64,000 nucleotides of DNA from the NCBI GenBank assembly GCA_021827645.1, contig JAKAVA010000055.1, positions 23,185-87,184 of the forward strand, in the 5' to 3' direction. The translations under genes and the position numbers were made by a program. The stretch is from Planctomycetota bacterium (lineage in GTDB: Bacteria; Planctomycetota; Phycisphaerae; WQYP01). Below, piece by piece: positions 32,701 through 42,129 of this stretch (the first letter of the stretch is position 1; every line of letters starts with the position of its first letter). The notes under the pieces are model-generated. The model saw only the letters and a list, made by a program, of their open reading frames with translations. It made no database searches and was not told the DNA's origin.

Positions 32701-32932
32701 GTTTGATCCCATATTGACTGATGGTCAAACCCATCCAATGCCACCAGACATAGGTTCGATATTTGGCCGGTGGATGCAGAAAGTCACTTCGCAGGTTGGT
32801 GGAGTGACGATTGGTTGACGTGCGTGCGACGGCAAAGCCAGAAAATCCGGCAATTGCCGCAACTGCCATGACGAAATAATATATGCCTACACGTGTGTGT
32901 GTCCTGCTCCTCAGAAACAATATCTTACTCAA
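29759..32932 (-). CDS. Secreted glycoside hydrolase, GH106-like (alpha-L-rhamnosidase family)
   Basis: 1057 aa with signal peptide. N-terminal FLHPPAKYRTYVWWHWMG motif and C-terminal sugar-binding module (LHLGRVNDLAQVWVNGHDLGVLWHPPFRMDITSAIQPGHNVLRIAVTNTWQNRLIGD), both of which I recognise as GH106 hallmarks. Family assignment from memory. Confidence 0.5.
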   Translation of the reverse strand: MSKILFLRSRTHTRVGIYYFVMAVAAIAGFSGFAVARTSTNRHSTNLRSDFLHPPAKYRTYVWWHWMGLTISQYGIKRDLTAMKKAGVAGATICLLASQAGTAPNIANSGVPAVHYWSPKFWRMVAYAVKIAKRLHLKLGMENCPGWSASGGPWISPALSMKKFVWTMTSVKGPGKIDRTLQKPPIVLHVYHDICVLAVPVAKTVQPDRILNISTDMNKKGVLTWHAPAGMWHIYRYGYTSEGTTDHPVPDGVHSLEADKLSAKAATFQIEHVIHALQSHLGRSIGHTFTHVLFDSYEAGPQTWTGNFRRDFIALRHYDPLPWLPALNGVVVGSRGQSQRFIYDFTRTIEQEFRRNDFDVYHRLIDAAGLKMCLEPYHGPFNSIACAASCDVTMGEFWNHSRKPFGLYASAADRFNGEALRPVTNPAHRFTNIDTDFAGQTVGKLQQFYFNRTRSGIDLDVAGAARADGRKVVGSETLTGAPWDSRMTETPASLKPELDGGFLSGVNRCYLHDWTLQALNKKYKPGILMGCFGTHFGENQTWFKPGIAFFTYINRCCLMLQQGSQVCNVCTLNCYPTMLSCDALSLSLFKQAAVKHRWIVLPTGRSYAVLILPHSRKMLPWVAEKLKKLIAAGATVIGPRPTASPSLTDYPQCDDEVARIGREVWDHCNGRTVREHKFGKGMVAWNVPVSRVLGQLGIAPDFELLAQPSGNVGVRVDAIHRQAPGLDIYFVVNRNNKPVNVVTSFHITGKIPELWYPDSGKCMTDGDFSEDAGRTNLPLQLGPYGSVFVVFRHAIGKLNPAVAITRNGEPSRSARVTVDDSHALMLTAFKPGAYELTLKSRAKVAMDVRALPATLKVHGPWKIAFTPGWGAPSTATFNKLISWTNSPQSGIKYFSGTGTYLRTIDIPNSYVGAGKRVILHLGRVNDLAQVWVNGHDLGVLWHPPFRMDITSAIQPGHNVLRIAVTNTWQNRLIGDDQQPSDLQWGSPLRAATYGYIGRPLVRFPGWVIHNAPQPSKKCYTFETWNFYRKDSRLHPSGLLGPVKLTVAAMLTVPKPKT

Positions 32933-33334
32933 GTAAATACTCCTGAATCAATGGCCAGTGGACGCTCCACCAGCGAAGCCTTCAACGAGAGAGAACTACC
33001 TCTTTCGATTCTATCTCGCAGCCTGAATCGAATGCCAATACAATGGGGCGAAACTTGTCGCCGGCGCGGGACAATGTGTGATCTGATGCGATGAAAATAA
33101 TTTGCGAGCAAGAGTTGCTGGTGCATCTCCGCAAGCGCTTATTCAGGATGATCTCCTGGCGATGAGTTGAAGCCCAAGCGTGCCTGTGTCGGTCGATCAG
33201 GCGGCAGTTCAGCCGATACCTTTCAAGTTCACATTCCCGCAAGAGCGCCATGATGGATGCCTCCGCATCGATTGGATCAGAAAACCGATCTTTGAGAATA
33301 CGGCAAAATCATCCTGCTGAAAAAGTTGCTCTCT

Positions 33335-36328
33335 TTACCCGGGTAATTCGGAGGTAAAGACATAATCACCCGACTCAACGCGGTATAGCGCAAGGTGGTG
33401 GCCAAACCCGAGCAACTTTACATAAGGCGATCGGTCGATTTCCTGGCCCGCCAACTGCACCGATTGCACGGATTGTGCCGGTATCTCGACCGTCGCATAA
33501 CTGTCAGGTGGAATCTGCACCTGCCATTGGAACAGTCCATTGGATTTCAACTTCCAATCACTGACAATCTTCCCATACGGCGATTGGTGCCAGGCACGCA
33601 CCCATTTCACCTGGTGCAGCAGTTCGGGGCGCATGATAATATGCCCGAAACCGGGATGGTGGCGACCGCTTTCAATGCCCGCGACATCTTTGAAAAGCCA
33701 CGAAATCATGTCTCCAATGAGCATGACATGATCTTGTGAGTTCATCGCTGGGCTCGCGGTATTACCGTTCCAGAGCTCCCAAATACATGTCGCGCCGTGT
33801 TCCGCCATGTAGCCCCAACCCGGATAGCTCGGATCGTCAAGCATTCTCCAAGCGGTAGCGCCATGTCCGCAGGCGGAGAGCTCGCCAAACATCCACTGCA
33901 GGCCGATAACACCACAACCTACATGCCCATCCTGCCGTACGTTTATGCGCCACATCAAACGCCTGATCACCGCGCTGCGTCGGTCAGCGGGTACTATTCC
34001 TGCCGCCAGAGGCAAAATACACGAAGTGTCCGAGCCATTCCCGTAATAGCCCAACCGAGGATGATAAATATACCGGTTGAAGGCGACATAGAGTTTGTGG
34101 GCTGCCATCAGCCAGTGCGCCCTATCCAGAGGTTTGTGCAGCAGTGTGGCGTAGCGGGCCATCAACTTCAGGTCTTTGTAGAGCATCGCGCTGGCCAGCA
34201 CCGCTGCGGGGGTCAACCTGTTTGGGTCGCGCGTGTGTATACGCTGCCGTGACTTGGCCGGTGCACACCAGTCGCCATACCGGTCAGCTATCGAATAGCC
34301 CTTCTTGGTCAGTTTGCCCAATTCATAGTTCACCCACAGCGCCATGGCCGCATAGTGTTGTCGCAGCGGTCGTAGGTCACCATACATGCGGTAGAGTTCG
34401 CCGGGTATGACAATAAACGTGCTGGGCCATGTGACGTTACCGGTATAAAATCCGCGGGCCGGCGCCAGGTAGGGAGGATTAATGTCGCTGATATCGCCGT
34501 CCGGTTTCTGAGCGTCCTGTATGTCCCACAGCCATTTAGCATAAAACCGATGGGTGTTATATAGAAACATTTCGCTGGCCGCCTCTTTACAGCGAGCTCC
34601 CATCCACCCCTGCCGTTCATCGCGCTGTGGACAATCTGTTGGAATCGACCGCCAGTTGTTTTGCATGCTCCAACGACAATTGTGCACGATTTCATTGACG
34701 AGTTTTGACGAGCAACTAAACCCTCCCGCAACAGGCAATGCATCGTGCACCGCCTGTGCCTCAAGTGTATTAAGCGTGGGTCGCCCCGGATAGCCACGGA
34801 GTTCAACGTACCTGAACCCATGAGTGGTAAATATCGGATGCCAGCTCTGCGGCCCCTGCCTGTTGAATATCACCGTGTCGGTCTGCTTCGCCGTTCGCAA
34901 ATTGATGGTGTAGAGATGAAGACTCTTCGCGGGGCCCGCCATCAGATTCATTGTCTGCCTGCCGTCACGAACTAAGCTTTCGCCAAAACGCATGACCACT
35001 TTGCCGACGCCATGCGACTTAGGCAGCCGCAATTTGCACCAGCCCGCCATATTCTGCCCAAAATCGTATATCCATACCCCCGGGGCAACCTCGCGTAGTG
35101 CTCGGGGAGTGAATATTTTTATCACCCGTATCGGCTGTTGCTTCATGGCGGTCAAGCGGCCGCCGGGAGACGTGAGCACGACAGCCTTACGCCACCCCAT
35201 TGGTTTATAGTTCGGCCGGCTCCACCCCGGTATGGAGAAATTGGCGTTGTACAATTCCCCGTTGTATTCATTGTTCATTCGAATAGGACCGGAAATTGTC
35301 ATCCTCCAATCGCGGTTGCTTACAATCCGGGTCGTGGTTCCGTCGGCGTAGGTAATGTCTAAAATCAGAATCATCCGCGGCGAGATGTGAATTCTGTACG
35401 GATTAAATGCTTTGATGCCATAAAGGCGACCATTGCCGAGCGCAACGCCAAGGGCATTGCGTCCGACCTTGAGCAGCGACGTTACGTTGGTTGCGACATA
35501 ATAGCATCGCTTGGGATACCAACTTAATGGCGGCGAGAGTTGATCATGGTTGGCCGCCTTGCCGTTGATATAGAGTCGGGAAAGCCCCAGTCCGCACATA
35601 TACACCACCGCGGACTTGATCCGTTTGTTGATTGAAAAATGACGACGCAGGTACGTTGCCGGCATCGGATGCCGCAATCCGGTGGGGTATTGGCTTGGCC
35701 AACCTATCCATTGGGCACCATGCCAATCCGACTTTTGCAGGAGCCCCTCCCGCCAGACGGCTGTCCGACTCCAGCGACTGCGAGTGCCGTTCTGGTTCCA
35801 GACGCGAAGCTTCCAAAAACACTGCTCCCGATCTGTAAGCGCTTTGCCTGCATACTGAATTCCGAAGCACCGACTGCTTGATACTTTATGTGAGCTCCAG
35901 ATATTTCCAATATTCTTCGCCAATAACTTCCGTGATGACGCCACCAATATTTGATAGGCCGTTTGACGCTGGCCGTGGCCCGGCCACGGTAGCATCCAGC
36001 TTAAAACCGGGTGGACTGAATTAATGGCCAATGGATCATCGCTCCACTGAACCTGCAAATGCTCCGGCGCGACTGCCACCGGTACATCTGATCCTCCTCC
36101 GCCCGACGCTGCCGTACTGCAACCCGCCTGCATGACCATGCCGATCAGTCCAAATACGACCAGGAACAACTTGATGCAGGGTTGGAACACCCGAGCTCGA
36201 ACGGCCGGTTCGGTTACACCATGACAAATGGCTGCCGGTGCATCAGGCTCGTTACGCACGTTTGAATCGCTTAAGTAAAGGAATACGTTTTTTAATCGCA
36301 ACGACCGGCTCCTTGACGTAGAAATCAA
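33335..36328 (-). CDS. Alpha-L-rhamnosidase, GH78
   Basis: GH78 N-domain pattern (YLRRHFSINKRIKSAVVYMCGLGLSRLYINGK...VTSLLKVGRNALGVALGNG) and catalytic-domain motif TDCPQRDERQGWMGA. (alpha/alpha)6 region. 997 aa. Confidence 0.8.
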   Translation of the reverse strand: MISTSRSRSLRLKNVFLYLSDSNVRNEPDAPAAICHGVTEPAVRARVFQPCIKLFLVVFGLIGMVMQAGCSTAASGGGGSDVPVAVAPEHLQVQWSDDPLAINSVHPVLSWMLPWPGHGQRQTAYQILVASSRKLLAKNIGNIWSSHKVSSSRCFGIQYAGKALTDREQCFWKLRVWNQNGTRSRWSRTAVWREGLLQKSDWHGAQWIGWPSQYPTGLRHPMPATYLRRHFSINKRIKSAVVYMCGLGLSRLYINGKAANHDQLSPPLSWYPKRCYYVATNVTSLLKVGRNALGVALGNGRLYGIKAFNPYRIHISPRMILILDITYADGTTTRIVSNRDWRMTISGPIRMNNEYNGELYNANFSIPGWSRPNYKPMGWRKAVVLTSPGGRLTAMKQQPIRVIKIFTPRALREVAPGVWIYDFGQNMAGWCKLRLPKSHGVGKVVMRFGESLVRDGRQTMNLMAGPAKSLHLYTINLRTAKQTDTVIFNRQGPQSWHPIFTTHGFRYVELRGYPGRPTLNTLEAQAVHDALPVAGGFSCSSKLVNEIVHNCRWSMQNNWRSIPTDCPQRDERQGWMGARCKEAASEMFLYNTHRFYAKWLWDIQDAQKPDGDISDINPPYLAPARGFYTGNVTWPSTFIVIPGELYRMYGDLRPLRQHYAAMALWVNYELGKLTKKGYSIADRYGDWCAPAKSRQRIHTRDPNRLTPAAVLASAMLYKDLKLMARYATLLHKPLDRAHWLMAAHKLYVAFNRYIYHPRLGYYGNGSDTSCILPLAAGIVPADRRSAVIRRLMWRINVRQDGHVGCGVIGLQWMFGELSACGHGATAWRMLDDPSYPGWGYMAEHGATCIWELWNGNTASPAMNSQDHVMLIGDMISWLFKDVAGIESGRHHPGFGHIIMRPELLHQVKWVRAWHQSPYGKIVSDWKLKSNGLFQWQVQIPPDSYATVEIPAQSVQSVQLAGQEIDRSPYVKLLGFGHHLALYRVESGDYVFTSELPG

Positions 36329-36427
36329 TGCTTATCACACAAGCCGCCGGAAATATCCGGCGAACTGCAAGCGATGAAAGAGCTTACACGACTCGCTGCG
36401 TCAACGTCAAACCGCCCTTTCCGTCCT

Positions 36428-37657
36428 TTAATGTTTCATCAGGTTGGCAACTACACCAATGATAAGCGTGGAGACCAGCAGCAGCACAACGCCGCCGGCA
36501 ATCATCAAATGCGCCTTTTTACTTGTGCCTTTCCACTCATGGCGAACCAGTCCCCACAGTGTTGCGAAAAGGATGACGCTGGCCATGTGCAGCGTCCAGC
36601 CGGAAAAAGCCAAAGCTGGCGGCATAAAAGTCTGCCCTGCCGTAAAAAAGAAAAACTGCAGATACCAGATGATGCCCGCGAGGGCTGAAAAGATGTAATT
36701 GTTCAAAAGGGGAACACTCACCAGTTGTGTCGATGTGGCAAACTTGGGGAAATGGCCTGCTTCCGTTGTAGGCTCAGCCTTACCATTTTCTGAATCGTCC
36801 GATGATCGAACTACAGACCGGTCGTTTTTTGCGTGGATATTCGCGGAGGTTGCGATGTATTCCCGTCCGGATTTGTTTTTAAGGTGTAAGATCACGCATC
36901 CAATCAAGTTGGTAGTAAAGCCGCCAGCCAGCACAATGATCAATGTGGGTAAGCCATCGGCCCATTTCGGACCACCGTGTCGCATCAGCAGGACTGCCGC
37001 GGCTGAGGTTATTGGATTTTGTCCATGTACCGCATTGAATCCACGCAGGCCGGCATAGCCGAAGTTGATACATGAGCTCATAACGCCTGAAAAGGTTGCT
37101 ACCAGAATGCCTTTCCGAAAATTAAACTCACGCACCACAGCGGTTCGCTTTTCCTCGGAGAGTTCCTTTTCTTTAGCGCGCCCGGCGGCGCCACTCAAAA
37201 AGATACCCGCCAGGCAAACGAGTACACCCAACATCGTCACCCATCCCCACGTGTGGGTAAAAAGCTCCGGCAATTTACCCGCAAAAAGAGGGGGGATCAT
37301 GGTTCCAAATGCGGCCGTATAGCTCAGTGCCACGGCCATTCCAAGACCGATCCCCAGATAACGCAATGTCAGGCCGAAGGTCAGCGACCCCAGTCCCCAG
37401 AGTACGCCGAAAAAGTAGGTCCAGAAAAGAGTGTGACCGCTGACCTGCTGAAAAATCTGCATGAAATGGGGAACCAGCAGATAAGCAAATATAAACGGTG
37501 CAGCGATCCAACTGACCCATCCACCCACGAGCCAGTACGTCTCCCATGACCAGCGGCGTACGCGTGAAAACGGCAGGTAGAAACTCGCCGAACCTAATCC
37601 GCCGATCCACTGCAACGTGACCGCCAGATAGGCATTAGGGGATGATGAAACAATCAA
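36428..37657 (-). CDS. rhaT: L-rhamnose-proton symporter
   Basis: Strong match to the RhaT N-terminus (FYLPFSRVRRWSWETYWLVGGWVSWI...LWGLGSLTFGLTLRYLGIGLGMAV) and 10-TM topology. Contains a ~60-aa hydrophilic insertion relative to the E. coli length. Confidence 0.85.
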   Translation of the reverse strand: MIVSSSPNAYLAVTLQWIGGLGSASFYLPFSRVRRWSWETYWLVGGWVSWIAAPFIFAYLLVPHFMQIFQQVSGHTLFWTYFFGVLWGLGSLTFGLTLRYLGIGLGMAVALSYTAAFGTMIPPLFAGKLPELFTHTWGWVTMLGVLVCLAGIFLSGAAGRAKEKELSEEKRTAVVREFNFRKGILVATFSGVMSSCINFGYAGLRGFNAVHGQNPITSAAAVLLMRHGGPKWADGLPTLIIVLAGGFTTNLIGCVILHLKNKSGREYIATSANIHAKNDRSVVRSSDDSENGKAEPTTEAGHFPKFATSTQLVSVPLLNNYIFSALAGIIWYLQFFFFTAGQTFMPPALAFSGWTLHMASVILFATLWGLVRHEWKGTSKKAHLMIAGGVVLLLVSTLIIGVVANLMKH

Positions 37658-37691
37658 TGATAAACTCCGGGCAGACCCTCTTTATGGCATT

Positions 37692-39095
37692 TTATCGTGG
37701 TGGGGATTCAGTTGCTGGTTGGACCATAGACCCCGGTGGATGCATCTCAAGCTCGCGTTTTTTCCAAAGGTCCAAGACGCCATAGTGCCTCATCATATCT
37801 TCTGTGGGTAAAAATAGATCACCCGTCCGCTCGAGCCATTGATCCAGCATGCTTCGCAGTCGCGTCTGAATTGCTGAGTGCCGACCATCAGCGACAAGAT
37901 TTTGCAGCTGAAAAGGATCGATCTGATTATCAAAAAGCAGCCACGGTCGGCGGCCCACTGTTTCCGCATACGTGTAGCGGCGGGTGCGAACGCCGCGCCA
38001 TTCGGCAACGTGCTGCATGACAGCTTCATCGTAACACCCATGATTGGCGATAAAGACCGATTCAATGTCACTGTCTTGAAATAGCGCGGTTGAAAGGTTG
38101 CGGCCTTCCCATTGGGGAGGTATTGTCCAGCCCAGCCAACCGGCTAACGTCGGTGCAACATCAACCGTCCCCATGGGCAAACTGCGGATTTCCCCTGCGG
38201 GTATCCGACCCGGAAAGCGGGCTATAAACGGTACCAGAATGGATTCCTCGTAAGGAGTCTGCTTTTTCATCAGGCCATGGGACCAGAGCATATCCCCATG
38301 ATCGGAAGTGAAGACAACCAGCGTGTCATCCGCAATACCCAGCTTATCCAACGTATCCAATAAGCGGCCCAACTCATGATCCAGCGCTGTAATGGCTGCG
38401 TAGTAATCGGCAGTGACTCGGCGACACTCCAGACCTTTTGCCAATGGGTTATTTGAATCGGGCTGCACATTGGGGCGAAGCAGAAGTTTGGCCGGATCAT
38501 ATTGATCACGGTACACAGAAGGAACCTGGTCGTAGGGATCATGCGGTGGTCCCCAGGACAGTATCAGAGAAAATGGATCGGGTGCTCCGGCGCGTTGCTG
38601 GAGGAATTCAATAGCCAGATTGGTTTGAACCGTCGGCTCATATCCACCCGGTTCAATAACCTTTGGATCATCCCGGTAATAGCGAGGATGAAAATAGTCA
38701 TGGGAACAGTTGTATGCAGCCCAGAAATCCCATCCGAATCGGCGCGGCCCCGGAGGCGTGAATTTATCACGGGGCATTCCATCCAGGTGCCACTTTCCAA
38801 TGTATCCGGTTTGGTAACCCTCCGCACGAGCGGTCGAACCCAGTGTGACGCGGCCTTCAGGTAATGGAATGTCATTCGCCATCACGGCCGTCGTTGTGGG
38901 ATAACTGGCGGTAAAAAGAATCCCACGGTTTGGTCCGCAAACCGGTGAGGTGGCAATGGCGTTGGTCAGACGTAAACCTTGTCCGGCCAATCGGTCCATG
39001 TTAGGCGTGTGCACCTGCCGATTGCCTGCACAGCACATATCCATACCGCGCATCTGATCCGCAAAAACCAATAATAAATTAGGTCTCTTTGACAT
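37692..39095 (-). CDS. Sulfatase (Cys-type formylglycine arylsulfatase family)
   Basis: N-terminal PNLLLVFADQMR and the C-x-P-x-R formylglycine motif (SPVCGPNRGILFT), GKWHLG, C-terminal sulfatase domain. Confidence 0.85.
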   Translation of the reverse strand: MSKRPNLLLVFADQMRGMDMCCAGNRQVHTPNMDRLAGQGLRLTNAIATSPVCGPNRGILFTASYPTTTAVMANDIPLPEGRVTLGSTARAEGYQTGYIGKWHLDGMPRDKFTPPGPRRFGWDFWAAYNCSHDYFHPRYYRDDPKVIEPGGYEPTVQTNLAIEFLQQRAGAPDPFSLILSWGPPHDPYDQVPSVYRDQYDPAKLLLRPNVQPDSNNPLAKGLECRRVTADYYAAITALDHELGRLLDTLDKLGIADDTLVVFTSDHGDMLWSHGLMKKQTPYEESILVPFIARFPGRIPAGEIRSLPMGTVDVAPTLAGWLGWTIPPQWEGRNLSTALFQDSDIESVFIANHGCYDEAVMQHVAEWRGVRTRRYTYAETVGRRPWLLFDNQIDPFQLQNLVADGRHSAIQTRLRSMLDQWLERTGDLFLPTEDMMRHYGVLDLWKKRELEMHPPGSMVQPATESPPR

Positions 39096-39824
39096 AGGTC
39101 TCCAGAAACAGCGGCCACATCGTTCAGCACCTCCCGGTTTGCAAAGCTTATAACCAGTCTAATTGCGGGACAAGTTATCGTCTTCGATGAAACGCAATTA
39201 TATCGAGGAAGTACCATCTGGCGCGAAAAACATTTTCACCTCATGGAGGGAACCGGCTTGACTCGGGAAGATTTTAAGTGAGATCGAATATTGACCGCTC
39301 TTTGGCATCTGAACTCATCAACAGTGCTGTAAAACTATACAGATCGACCGTCAATGATCGATTTCGGAGTTGGCCTTGTACTCTTGGGTCATCCCATCGG
39401 TCGGTGAACGATTACGAAATCTTCATCGGCACCACCACGGTGCTGAGCATTTCCGGGCCACCGATTTTTGCACCCGTGCAGACCGGCAATTCGACTCTCC
39501 CCGGCCTTGAGTTCCACACGCTCGCAGCCTACCAGCGGTCGTAACGTTTCCATACCCTATTGTTTTTGCCGATCTGTTCCGGTGGATTTGCCCAGAGAAT
39601 CCAAGTTTTGAGTACGTAAAGCACAGCATGAGGCAATAGACGATTATCCGCAACTCGACGCCCCGGATCGCAGATGTTCCGGGGAAGCAAAGATTCAATA
39701 TATTGCCACTGGGCACTCTTCAGTTCATGGCGAAGTGACGTCGGGGCCCTTATAAACTCACTTCAACGCAGAATATGATTGTCCGCACCCGCCAGCTTGC
39801 GGGGGCAATAAAAAAGACAAAACA

Positions 39825-41702
39825 TCACTCCCGAATTTTTGCCCGGTAATAAAACCGGAATGGAGGGGCGCAGTCACCGTTGAGATAAAAATCAGTCCAC
39901 TTTCCGTTCTGCCTGATGTTATCCGCCCATTTGAAGTTGATATCCGCAGGCATGGAACCTTTGATACCCAATACGGATCGTGGAATCGCCATTTGCATTT
40001 GATTGCCCTTGACACGGATACGAGCCTTTCCTGCGGATGTCCACAGGTATTTGCCGTCGATATTTTTCTCAATGGTTGACGCACGATCGTTGAGAACCTG
40101 CCGGTCAACCACATAGTTAAAACCCATCCATTGACTGCTGCCGGAGTGAGGAATGTGTAAAAACAGAAGCATCCAGGATTTATCCCGCCAGGATGTCAGG
40201 GGTTTGTGGGTTTTCACCCAGAGATAGATATTGGATGAATCGTATGTAAATTTGCTTGCCACGATGTCATTGCGACCAGTATTGTTGATATAGTGTGCAT
40301 TCCCCCAGCCGGGTGAATTGCGGTGTACCGCCAGGCCCACATTATTGATAAACAGAGGGCCGATTCTATTCCATTGAGAAAATGGGCCGCGGATATGAAT
40401 CACCGCAGGATGGACGCAAGGCAGGCGATGGACGCCCTTATAGCGACGTATATTGGCGACCATCTGATAATAATAGTTATCGCCGAACCCCCCATAAAGA
40501 CCCCCTTTATCCTCCTTCATAGGTTCGATATCCCGGCTGAATTCAGGGCTATATTCATCTACAAAAACGGGTTGGCCCTTGGAGACCCAGCGGCCTGCAA
40601 AATAGTTTTTACTCGATGCACGCCTGCAACCGCAGGTCCACTCATTCCAGCCTGTAATAAAAATGAAGGCGGGATCAACACGGAGAGCGTGCTGCCACTG
40701 TTCCGCGAAACAGATACCGCGTCCGGGATGCTGCCGACTTGGAGTGGGTTCAATACCGTTGGACGAACTTCGCCCAGTGCTTCCGGTGGCCCAGCCAGCG
40801 GCGGCCACCGGCATTTCTTCTGGAGTATGCGGGTTGATATGCCAACCGAAGAGCCAGTTGAATTTGTGCGCAGTCGCAGCTTTCCGGGGCGTGTTATTCC
40901 AACTCCACCTATTCTTCCCCCCGGTATGTTCCCAGCAATATCGCAGGGTAAACAAATGCCGGATGGCGGCGGGTAATTTATGAATATTGCCGTAAATGAG
41001 CATCAGCGGCTTGCCATCCCAATAAAACCACAGTTTTTTGGCCAATCCGGTCTTATAAATATTTTGGTAGTCTGCGGTCCATGCGCCGTTGCCCCCATGA
41101 AAGATGAAATGACCTGCACTGCGTACCGCGCCCCTGCCTGCGAAACATACAAAATCCGGTACGGTATTGCCCAACGCCTTCATATGTAGCCATGTCTTAA
41201 ATAGCTTTTGATCTACCCTGAAAAAAGTCACTCCATAGGTGTTATCTAATATGATCGAATTAATACCCGCATCGCCGAGCATAACGGCGTGCTCACGCAA
41301 TACAAATGGATCCGAATCGATGTAGAAACCGAATAATGGCTCGCCCCACCAATGAGGGGAATAGAGCGGTCCCAGGACCGCGTTGGGGGTCTTTTCAAGG
41401 ATAGCCGCATTGTTCCATATGCGTTGACCTGGCCGATTACTATGCGTGAAATAGAATATTCCCACCGTTCTATCAGGTTTGGGTGGTCCTACCTGCCGGT
41501 AATCCGGTAGCACACGTCCGAGCCCATCGACGGCTCCCCATGTATCGGGTCCGGCGACGGGAATGACGGTGTGGCGATGACCAGAATGCCATGGAGCGGC
41601 ACATGACGCATCAGTTAGACATAGCCCCGTAAAAAGGATGATAATCCCAGTCACGACCGGTCTTGAAAGTCGATGAAGGGCTGAACCAAAGTTAAATCTC
41701 AT
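39825..41702 (-). CDS. Secreted hypothetical protein, probable carbohydrate-active enzyme (unassigned family)
   Basis: Signal peptide. Contains an ITGWNEW...DEYSPEFSRDIEP segment reminiscent of the catalytic NEW motif of GH99/GH71-like TIM-barrel hydrolases. No confident family call. It lies in the rhamnosidase/sulfatase cluster. Confidence 0.3.
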   Translation of the reverse strand: MRFNFGSALHRLSRPVVTGIIILFTGLCLTDASCAAPWHSGHRHTVIPVAGPDTWGAVDGLGRVLPDYRQVGPPKPDRTVGIFYFTHSNRPGQRIWNNAAILEKTPNAVLGPLYSPHWWGEPLFGFYIDSDPFVLREHAVMLGDAGINSIILDNTYGVTFFRVDQKLFKTWLHMKALGNTVPDFVCFAGRGAVRSAGHFIFHGGNGAWTADYQNIYKTGLAKKLWFYWDGKPLMLIYGNIHKLPAAIRHLFTLRYCWEHTGGKNRWSWNNTPRKAATAHKFNWLFGWHINPHTPEEMPVAAAGWATGSTGRSSSNGIEPTPSRQHPGRGICFAEQWQHALRVDPAFIFITGWNEWTCGCRRASSKNYFAGRWVSKGQPVFVDEYSPEFSRDIEPMKEDKGGLYGGFGDNYYYQMVANIRRYKGVHRLPCVHPAVIHIRGPFSQWNRIGPLFINNVGLAVHRNSPGWGNAHYINNTGRNDIVASKFTYDSSNIYLWVKTHKPLTSWRDKSWMLLFLHIPHSGSSQWMGFNYVVDRQVLNDRASTIEKNIDGKYLWTSAGKARIRVKGNQMQMAIPRSVLGIKGSMPADINFKWADNIRQNGKWTDFYLNGDCAPPFRFYYRAKIRE

Positions 41703-42129
41703 TCTTCTCGGCCCCGGTTCATAAAAAAGAGTAGGAATGTTCTAGTAATCGGTTCAAACCTTTCGAGCCATAAAATTTACATAAGAATCTGACATTGATT
41801 CTCATTATATTCAAATCTCGATAAAACAGACAATTGTATTTCCCAAATAAAGTATCTTGTGATTGATTCCGGAAATAGCGGCGTGCTCCCGCCGATGAGA
41901 ACTGGCTACTGTGAACCAGAGAGGCAAAAAGAACTGCGAGTCAAGCACCTTGGCCTCTTAAAAGTGGCCCCATCATGCTCAGGCTTGGTAATATCCTTTG
42001 GCGAAAGAAGTTGCGGCTAACGCCCCCGCACCATACACTCATTAAAGCTTAATAAGACAGGGCGCGGCCGGCGGCGCTATCAGCCGTCACATACACCAAC
42101 GGGCAAAATGGCGAGGATAAAGAATCACC

